In this document: piece by piece, positions 8,420-15,709 of the stretch
How positions within the stretch are numbered: the stretch's first letter is position 1
How the letters are laid out: every line of letters starts with the position of its first letter
DNA from: Octopus sinensis
Lineage: Eukaryota
Length of the DNA: 15,709 bases
Reading direction: 5' to 3'
Assembly (NCBI RefSeq): GCF_006345805.1
Contig: NW_021825485.1
Location: forward strand, 1-15,709
Program-made: the position numbers and the translations under genes
The notes under the pieces: generated by a model
Told to the model about the DNA's origin: nothing
Seen by the model: only the letters and a program-made list of their open reading frames with translations
Database searches by the model: none

Positions 8420-8930
8420 GAGAAAAACCACTCCTCCCTCACTCCACTCTCCGCTTCTCTCTTTTTTTCCCTCTCTCCCTCTCTCTCTCTCTTCAATTTC
8501 TCTCTCTCTCTCTCTCTCACTCTCTCTCTGTCTCTTTCACACACATACACATACACACACGCCTACACACATAAACGTACACATACTAATATACAAAATG
8601 TACTTTCATCATCTCTCTCTCACTCTCACACTCTTTCTCTTCTCCCCCCTCTCTCTCTCTCTCTTCTCTCAATTTCTCACTCTCTCACTCTCTCTCTCTC
8701 TCTCTCTTTCACACACACACATACACACACGCCTACACACATACACGTACACATACTAATATACAAAATGTACTTTCATCATCCTCTCTCTCACCTTCCT
8801 CACACTCACTCACCAATCTTCTTTTTTCTCCCCTCTCTCTATCCTATCTCTCTCTTCTCCTCTTCTCTCTCTCTCTCCGCCTCCCTCTCTCTCTTTATCT
8901 CTCTCTCTCTTCTCTCGTTCTCACAGACAA
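8420..8930. repeat. (CT)n/(CA)n compound tract containing a 170 bp-period tandem duplication
   Basis: Identical 38-mer CGTACACATACTAATATACAAAATGTACTTTCATCATC at 8576-8613 and 8746-8783. Confidence 0.9.
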
Positions 8931-9099
8931 TTTTTTTCTTCTTTTTAAATGATGCATAAATCTGGAAATTTCTCTCCCTTTTAAAGAATTGTTTCAGCTC
9001 TTTTCCTTTTTCTCTTTCCTTTTTCTCTTGGCGTTTTTTTCATTTATTCTGTCTTTTATTTTTTCCATACTCCATAAATTTCCTCATTGTTCCCGTTGC

Positions 9100-9159
9100 T
9101 ATTATAATTATTATCATTATTATCATTATTATTATTATATTATTATCATATTATTATTA

Positions 9160-9198
<39 letters not shown>

Positions 9199-9615
9199 CA
9201 TTATTATCATTATTATTATTATATATATTATTAGCATTAATCATTATTATTCTTATTATTATTATTACTATTATTATTATTATTATCATTCTTATCATCA
9301 TTATTATTATATTATTATTATTATTATCATTATTATTATTCTATTATTATTATTATTTCATTATTATTATTATATAGATTATAATCTTATTATATCATTA
9401 TTTATATTATTATTATTATTTATTATTATTATTATTATCATTATTATTATCATTATATCATCTCATCATCATCATCATCATAGTTATTATTATTATATTA
9501 TTATCATTATTATCATTATTATTATTATTATTACTAGTATATTATTATTATCATTATTATCATCATATTATTATATTATTATTTTATTATATTATTATTA
9601 TTATTATTATTATTA

Positions 9616-9646
<31 letters not shown>

Positions 9647-9655
9647 CATTATTAT

Positions 9656-9698
<43 letters not shown>

Positions 9699-9717
9699 CA
9701 TTATTATTATCATTATT

Positions 9718-9764
<47 letters not shown>

Positions 9765-9885
9765 TATTATTATTATTATTATCAGATCATTATTATTATT
9801 ATTATTTTTTTATTTATTATTATTATTATTGTTATTTATTATCATTATTATTATTATTATTACCATTATTATTATTATTATTACT

Positions 9886-9916
<31 letters not shown>

Positions 9917-9945
9917 CATTATTATTATTATTATTATCATTATTA

Positions 9946-9976
<31 letters not shown>

Positions 9977-9987
9977 CATTATCATCA

Positions 9988-10033
<46 letters not shown>

Positions 10034-10087
10034 ATCATTATTCATTATTATTAATTATTATTATTATCATTATTATTATCATTATTA

Positions 10088-10125
<38 letters not shown>
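9100..10125. repeat. ~1 kb (ATT)n/(ATC)n trinucleotide microsatellite
   Basis: Continuous ATT with ATC interruptions; source of the poly-I/L/Y/M/N ORFs. Confidence 0.99.
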
Positions 10126-10204
10126 CTCCTCTTTGTGGTTGACAAGTTCGCTTCTCTTCTATTTATATCATTATTTATTTATATATTTATTTCCATAAAA
10201 GGTG

Positions 10205-10260
10205 GGATTCCGTAACTGAAGAGATCGCCAGCCAAAGACGAAATGCATTTCCCCTTTACG
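10205..10260 (+). ncRNA. Degenerate minimal hammerhead-like motif (canonical core)
   Basis: CUGAAGA (10216-10222), G-AUCGCCAGCCAAAGAC, GAA, palindrome AUGCAU (10243-10248), U. Helix II is weak and helix I is broken (CGUAA can pair with UUACG only across a 6-nt bulge). Confidence 0.35.
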
Positions 10261-10746
10261 TGCTACGTTGGCTTCGTTCACGAATAGGTTTGGAAGTGGA
10301 ATCAAAGTTTGTATTTTTGATTGAAATCTTTCAGTTTTGGAAAAAATCTAACATTTTTAAATACACAGTAACTGCACATTTTATTTATTTTTTTCTCTTC
10401 TTAAGTACTTTGCTACATTTCAAATCAAATTTTCTTTAATGAGAATTTTCGTTCAATTAAGATCATTCGTCTATTATTTATTTATGTTTTCTTTAATTGA
10501 TTATATATAGCTTCCCCCCCCCCACATCGTTTTCTTTTATTTAAATTGAATTGTTCAAAAAAATTATCAGAGAACGTTTGCACCCCCCTTTAAAACAAAC
10601 GAAAAACAAAATCAAAATTTCGGAGACAATCTGCATTATGACTATTTCCGATAGGAAAAAGTGAATTAGTCTTTGATAGCAACAAAAACAGCAACAACAA
10701 AAACAATAACAACAATAATAATGACAGAATAAGTATTTTTCTGATT

Positions 10747-10950
10747 TAGGCACAAGGCCAGTAATTTTTTAAGAAATGGAGTTAGTCGATACCATCTACT
10801 CCAGTACTTGAATGGTACTTTATTTTATCGACCCCCGAAAGAATGATAATGCAAAGCTGACTACGACAGGATTTGAACTCAGGACATTAAGACACAGAAC
10901 AAATATCGCAAAGAACTTTTCGTGATGCTCTAACGATTCAGTCAGTTGCC
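10747..10950 (-). mobile_element. Old family B SINE
   Basis: AGGCACAAGGCC tail, GGTACTTTATTTTATCGACCCCCGAAAG body, TTTGAACTCAG (box B reverse complement), CTAACGATTC head remnant. Confidence 0.82.
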
Positions 10951-11049
10951 TGTTTTCAGGACAGCACAGTAATAATAACCATATCGTTAACAATAAAAGA
11001 ACGTCGATAATTTCTGTGACACAAGCAAGGAAATGTTATTTTGTAGTTC

Positions 11050-11110
<61 letters not shown>
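11050..11110. repeat. (TA)n microsatellite
   Basis: Direct reading of the sequence. Confidence 0.95.
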
Positions 11111-11111
<1 letters not shown>

Positions 11112-11354
11112 AATTTGAGGGAATATTATTCCTAACTTAGGGAAAAATTCAATTTAGAAATACTAAATCAAATTTCACAAAGTACAATATATGCATATAA
11201 AAATTAGAAAAGACCACCTTTTATCAATTCAAAATGAACAATTAAATTACACCATCTAGAAAATTACATATAATAGAAATATTAAAAATAAAATAACAAT
11301 ATACCGATGATTAAGTAAATTGCAAAATAATAATAAATATAATAAAATATACAT

Positions 11355-11386
<32 letters not shown>

Positions 11387-11443
11387 CATATATATATACA
11401 GATATAGATTTATAGATATATATTTATATATATATATATATAT
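11355..11443. repeat. (TA)n-rich microsatellite
   Basis: Direct reading of the sequence. Confidence 0.92.
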
Positions 11444-11450
11444 ACGTAGT

Positions 11451-11847
11451 TTAACCCTTTGTCAAATATAGTGTTTATATATTGGTTTCCAATTTTGGCA
11501 GAGTCATCAAGTTCGTGGGGATGGGGGGATAGCTGATTACATCGACCCCAGTCATCAACTGGTACTTATTTATCGACCCCGAAAAAGATGAAAGGTAACG
11601 TCGACCTAGGCTGGTTTTGAACTCAGCTAACGATTCTACCTACTCGCCGCCTTGTAATGCTTATATATTCACATTGTTTTGAATTAACCATGCATTATCT
11701 CATAGCTTCAAGGTTTCAAAAATGTGATTATTTATTTTTAGGACGTCATTGTAGGATAAGTACAAGTGCCCGGATCTGGTCAGTTTGAGAAGAAAGCAGG
11801 CAGAATATTTGGATCGGATACGGCCGGTTTAAATGCTAAAGGGTTAA
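11451..11847. mobile_element. piggyBac-like non-autonomous element (MITE) carrying a nested SINE
   Basis: Ends TTAA-CCCTTT (11451-11460) and AAAGGG-TTAA (11838-11847), i.e. a TTAA target with CCC/GGG termini, as in piggyBac. No ORF. The internal sequence resembles a common octopus repeat from memory. Confidence 0.65.
11497..11653 (-). mobile_element. Family B SINE with internal deletion, nested in the piggyBac-like element
   Basis: ATCGACCCCAGTCATCAACTGGTACTTATTTATCGACCCCGAAAAAGATGAAAGG...TTTGAACTCAG joined directly to CTAACGATTCTACCTACTCGCCGCCTT (head). Confidence 0.85.
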
Positions 11848-11850
11848 GGA

Positions 11851-12015
11851 ACCCGAGTACATAGCTAGTAATCGTTTTATCGAAGGGTAAAAAGCAAAAT
11901 ATAGAAGGTAAAAGACAGAGTCATCTCTATTTCTAGAGATATTTGAATTCAGATCTTTAAAAAACCGTCAAAGAATATCGAGAAGCATTTTGTCCGACTT
12001 TACAACGTTCGGCAA
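11851..12015 (-). mobile_element. Highly degraded family B SINE
   Basis: Motifs in the expected order: CCCGAGTAC, TTTTATCGA, GAAGGTAAAAG, ATTTGAATTCAG, AAGCATTTTGTCCG. Confidence 0.5.
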
Positions 12016-12139
12016 ATTTCCGTCTCTCCTAATGGCATCTGGAAATATTTACATAGGTACAAAGCCGCAAATATGGTGGCAAAGGGCCAGCCGTTTATAT
12101 CAACTGCCAATACTTGACTAGTTCGATACTTTCTCGATC

Positions 12140-12532
12140 GTGGAGGCGCAATGGCCAAGTGGTTAGGGCAGCGGCCTCGCGGTCGTACGATCGCGGTTTC
12201 GATTCCCAGACCGGGCGTTGTGAGTGTTTATTGAGCGAAAACACCTAAAAGTTCCACGAGGCTCCGGCAGGGGATGGTGGTGATCCCTGCTGTACTCTTT
12301 CACCACAACTTTCTCTCACTCTTACTTCCTGTTTCTGTTGTACCTGTATTTCAAAGGGCCGGCCTTGTCACTCTCTGTGTCACGCTGAATATCCCCGAGA
12401 ACTACGTTAAGGGTACACGTGTATGTGGAGTGCTCAGCCACTTACACGTTAATTTCGCGAGCAGGCTGTTCCGTTGATTCGGATCAACCGGAACCCTCGT
12501 CGTCGTAACCGACGGAGTGCTTCTAAAGAAAA
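12140..12532 (+). mobile_element. tRNA-derived SINE family A, full length (copy A3), 12-bp TSD, inserted into an older family B remnant
   Basis: TSD ACTTTCTCGATC at 12128-12139 and 12533-12544. The flanks (12093-12139 and 12545-12620) join into a decayed minus-strand family B element. Confidence 0.95.
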
Positions 12533-12714
12533 ACTTTCTCGATCTCGGGGCGGTATTGAACTCAAAACGTAAAAAGCCAAACCAAAAAATTGCAAAGTAT
12601 TTTGTTAGACGCTCTAACGCAAAGGTTCTCAATGTGGGCGGTACACCCCTAAGAAGGCGCTGGGAATGTTGAAGGGGTGGTGAGGCAGGCGATGAGGTAC
12701 TATAATCCTTTTCT

Positions 12715-12772
12715 ACTCTAGGCACAAGGCCCGATTTTGGGAGAGGGGGATAATCGATTAGATCGACCCCAG
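12715..12772 (-). mobile_element. 3' fragment of an older family B SINE
   Basis: AGGCACAAGGCCCG...GATAATCGATTAGATCGACCCCAGTA, same tail type as 10747. Confidence 0.7.
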
Positions 12773-12803
12773 TACCTATATTACACCTATATTAGTAATT
12801 ATA

Positions 12804-13220
12804 CTTAATTCTTTACTACCACAAGGCTAAACACAGAGGGGAAAACAAGGACAGACAAACGGATTAAGTCGATTATATCAACCCCAGTGCGTAACTGGTA
12901 CTTAATTAATCGACCCCTAAAAGATGAAAGGTAAAGTCGACCTCGGGGGAATTTAAACTCAGAACGTAAAGACAGACGAAATACCTATTTCTTTACTACC
13001 CACAAGGGGCTAAATACAGAGAGCACAAACAAGGGCAGACAAACGGATTAAGTCGATTACATCGACCTCAGTACGCAACTGGTACTTATTTAATCGACCT
13101 CGAAAGGATGAAAGGCAAAGTCGACCGCGGTGGAATTTGAACTCAGAACGTATCGGCAGATGAAATACGGCTACGCATTTCGCCCGGCGTGCTAACGATT
13201 CTGCCAGCTCGCCGCCTTGG
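12804..13220 (-). mobile_element. Family B tRNA-derived (CORE-like) SINE: one head plus two ~180 bp tandem body units
   Basis: Head reverse complement GGCGGCGAGCTGGCAGAATCGTTAGCACG. Body repeated twice (about 12806-12985 and 12986-13170). TCATCCTTTCG(G/A)GGTCGAT(A/T)AA..AAGTACC weakly resembles the CORE domain (inference). Confidence 0.92.
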
Positions 13221-13516
13221 TGAGGTACCATAATTAACCGTACTAAATTTTACCTATATTAGTAATTATATTATATATGATAAAACTAGTAACGGTTATT
13301 AGAATAAAATGACAGAAACGTATATACTGTGGCCGAAGACATGTTTGAACAGGAATAATTAATTTTTAATGCTATATTTCTGTCTTGAATAGTATTTTTT
13401 TAGGTGCACAGTCTTACTTGTTTTCATAATATTTGTGATCTCCATTATATTCCATTTAGTGATATAATTATATACAATTGTTATATACGTTACCCTTTTA
13501 AAAATTTAGTACGAGT

Positions 13517-14945
13517 TCAAAAAGAAAACGCCGTCAACATTCGAGTGAATATTTGAAATATAGATTTATTCCATCCATAAATAATGAGCAATGGCGAGTA
13601 TGTTTAATATGCGCAAAAACGTTCTCAAATGAAGCAATGAAACTTTCAAAAATGATTGAACATTTACAAAAAATGCATCCAGAGAAGGCCGGAGCAGATG
13701 CGAACTACTTTCACCAAATGAAAAATGATTTAAAAACCCGTGTTACTCTCAAAGAGTTGTTTACCACTCAAACTAGGTAAATAATGAAGGGGTTGGTTAT
13801 GTCTTACAAACTTACAAAATTAATTGCGAATTGCGGAAAACCATATACTATAGGCGAAATTCTTCTCTTACCAGTTATAAATGTAATTTGGGCTGTTATG
13901 GTTCGCCCTGACAAAAGTTTTATTACAACGTCAATTAAGGCGGCGAGCTGGCAGACACGTTATTGCGCCGGGCGAAATGCTTAGCGGTATTTCGTCTTTA
14001 CGTTTTTTGAGTTCAAATTCCGCCGCGGTCGACTTTGCCTTTCATCCTTTCGGGGTCGATAAATTAAGTACCAGTTACGCACTGGGGTCAATATAATCGA
14101 CTTAATCCGTTTGTCTGTCTTGTTTGTCCTCTCGTGTTTAGCCCTGTGGGTAGTAAGAAATAGGTATTTCGTCTGCCGTTACGTTTGAGTTCAAATTCCG
14201 CCGGGTCGACTTTGCCTTTCATCCTTTCGGGGTCGATAATTAAGTACCAGTTACGCACTGGAGTCAATATAATCGACTTAATCCGTTTGTCTGTCCTTGT
14301 TTGTCCTCTCTGTGTTAGCTCCTTGTGGTAGTAAAGAAATAGGTATTTCGTCTGCCGTTACGTTCTGAGTTCAAATTCCGCCGAGGTCGACTTTGCTTTC
14401 ATCCTTTCGGGGTCGATAAATTAAGTCCCAGTTACGCACTGGAGTCAATATAATCGACTTAATCCGTTTGTCTGTCCTTGTTTGTTCTCTTTGTGTTTAG
14501 CCCCTTGTGGGTAGTAAAGAATTAGAAAAATTATTTTAAAACCAGTCTTACTCTCAAAGAGTTGTTTACCACTCAAACTAGACAGATAGTGAAGGGGTCG
14601 GTTATGTCTTACAAACATTCAAAATTAATTGCGAAATGCGGAAAACCATATACTATTGGCGAAACTCTTCTCTTAGCAGTTATAAATGCAATTTAGACTG
14701 TTATAATTCGCCCAGGTATAAGTGTTATTACAACGTCAATTCTTCGCACTAGTAGTATAATAGCAGCGGGAATAGATGACATGGCGAAAGATATGGAGAA
14801 TAAACTATGTGATGCTATAAAAAAACGAAGAATTTTTTTTTTTTTTCAAATTGATAAATCAACTTTACTATAAATCGTTATTAATGGCTATCGTCAGTTA
14901 TGTAAATTCAAATCAGGAAATTCTTGAAGTTTCCGTTTGCTGAAA
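13517..14945 (+). pseudogene. Decayed hAT transposase (Buster/Charlie/ZBED5-like), BED finger plus start of the catalytic domain, split by a SINE array and a 217 bp duplication
   Basis: SKRKRRQHSSEYLKYRFI...CLIC.KTFSNEAMKLSKM.EHLQKMHP (BED zinc finger), SYKLTKLIANCGKPYTIGE.LLLP, IDDMAKDMENKLC, QIDKST (cf. QLDEST with the first catalytic Asp). Contains stops and frameshifts. Confidence 0.88.
13937..14521 (+). mobile_element. Family B SINE: one head plus three ~179 bp tandem body units
   Basis: Head AAGGCGGCGAGCTGGCAG at 13937. Units start at GGTATTTCGTCT (13986, 14163, 14342), each with box B GAGTTCAAATTCC. Confidence 0.95.
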
Positions 14946-14986
14946 AAATGGTATTTTACACAGAAGGTTCTACAACCTTTAAAGTT

Positions 14987-15398
14987 TCTTTTATTCTATT
15001 ACTCTTTACTCTTTTACTATTTTACTTGTTTCAGTCATTTGACTGCGGCCATGCTGGAGCACCGCCTTTAGTCGAACAAATCGACCCCGGGACTTATTTT
15101 ATCGGTCTCTTTTGCCGAACCACTAAGTGACGGGGACGTAAACACACCAGCATCGGTTGTCAAGCAATGCTAGGGGGACAAACACAGACACACAAACATA
15201 TACACACACGCTTATATATATATATACATATATACGACAGGCTTCTTTCAGTTTCCGTCTACCAAATCCACTCACGTGGCTTTGGTCAGCCCAAGGCTAT
15301 AGCAGAAGACACTTGCTCAAGATGCCACGCAGTGGGACTGAACCCAGAACCATGTGGTTGGTTAGCAAGCTACTTACCACACAGCCACTCCTGCGCCT
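14987..15398 (-). mobile_element. Family C tRNA-derived SINE, full length
   Basis: Minus-strand head AGGCGCAGGAGTGGCTGTGTGGTAAG (box A), GGTTCAGTCC (box B), internal TA/GT microsatellite, tail GGCGGTGCTCCAGCATGGCCGCAGTCAAATGACTGAAAC followed by (AGTAAA)-like repeats. Confidence 0.93.
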
Positions 15399-15401
15399 CA
15401 T

Positions 15402-15600
15402 TTGTTTCAGTTATTTGACTGCAGCCATGCTGGAGCACCGCCTTTTTAGTCGAATAAATCCGTCCCCGGACTTATTCTATCGGGATTTTTTGCCAAGCTG
15501 CTAAGTTACAGGGACGTAAACATACCAACATCAGTTGTAAAGCGATCGCAGGGGGGACAAGCACAGACACACAGAAACATACATATATATATATATGTAT
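15402..15600 (-). mobile_element. Family C SINE, 3' half, abutting the head of the full-length copy
   Basis: Second GTTTCAGTTATTTGACTGCAGCCATGCTGGAGCACCGCC tail; the match ends at the internal microsatellite. Confidence 0.88.
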
Positions 15601-15625
15601 GTTTTCACTTCTTCGTCACTGAAAT

Positions 15626-15709
15626 AATTTGGCGTCTTCAGACTATCATCTCTTCGGCCCCATGAAAGAGAGTTTAAGAGGCAAACATTATACCGGTGAC
15701 GAGGAAGTG
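15626..15709 (+). pseudogene. Mariner (DD34D) transposase fragment, runs off the window
   Basis: In-frame NLASSDYHLFGPMKESLRGKHYTGDEEV matches the mariner YSPDLAPSDYHLF.PLK..L.GK.F..DEEV region. Confidence 0.85.

Noticed and set aside
7729-10215. Long S/L/H/T, poly-I, poly-L, poly-M and poly-N ORFs
   Set aside because: Microsatellite translations.
11110-11350. AT-rich non-simple segment between two (TA)n tracts as a mobile element end
   Set aside because: No TIR, TSD, coding or ribozyme motif visible; cannot be supported without a repeat library search.
13553-13984. Domesticated ZBED-type gene
   Set aside because: Stop codon after TTQTR, frameshifts and a SINE interruption indicate a fossil transposase.
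13986-14521. Tandem ~179 bp units as a CRISPR array or satellite
   Set aside because: The units are contiguous SINE bodies with no unique spacers, in a eukaryotic context. Several 1-nt deletions between units may be long-read errors, so unit divergence was not quantified.

Overview
AT-rich, microsatellite-dense eukaryotic non-coding DNA. It is very probably cephalopod (octopus-like); this is inferred from my recognition of the tRNA-derived SINE families and repeat landscape, not from a database search. No intact protein-coding gene is present. Most ORFs in the supplied track are translations of simple repeats or SINEs. The window is a mosaic of three tRNA-headed SINE families (my labels A, B, C; two A copies have clear 11-12 bp TSDs and two B copies are internal tandem arrays), a 5'-truncated frameshifted CR1/L2-group LINE whose 3' end matches the family C SINE tail, a decayed hAT (Buster/Charlie-type, BED-finger) transposase, a mariner transposase fragment at the right edge, a TTAA/CCC piggyBac-like non-autonomous element, a ~1 kb (ATT/ATC)n tract, and one candidate minus-strand host exon. 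The most notable signal is a 247 bp foldback at 3564-3810. Its minus strand contains a complete minimal type I hammerhead ribozyme fold with a swapped G3-C8 core pair, an extra G before helix II and a palindromic helix III. A second, degenerate related motif with the canonical C3-G8 core lies at about 10205-10260.
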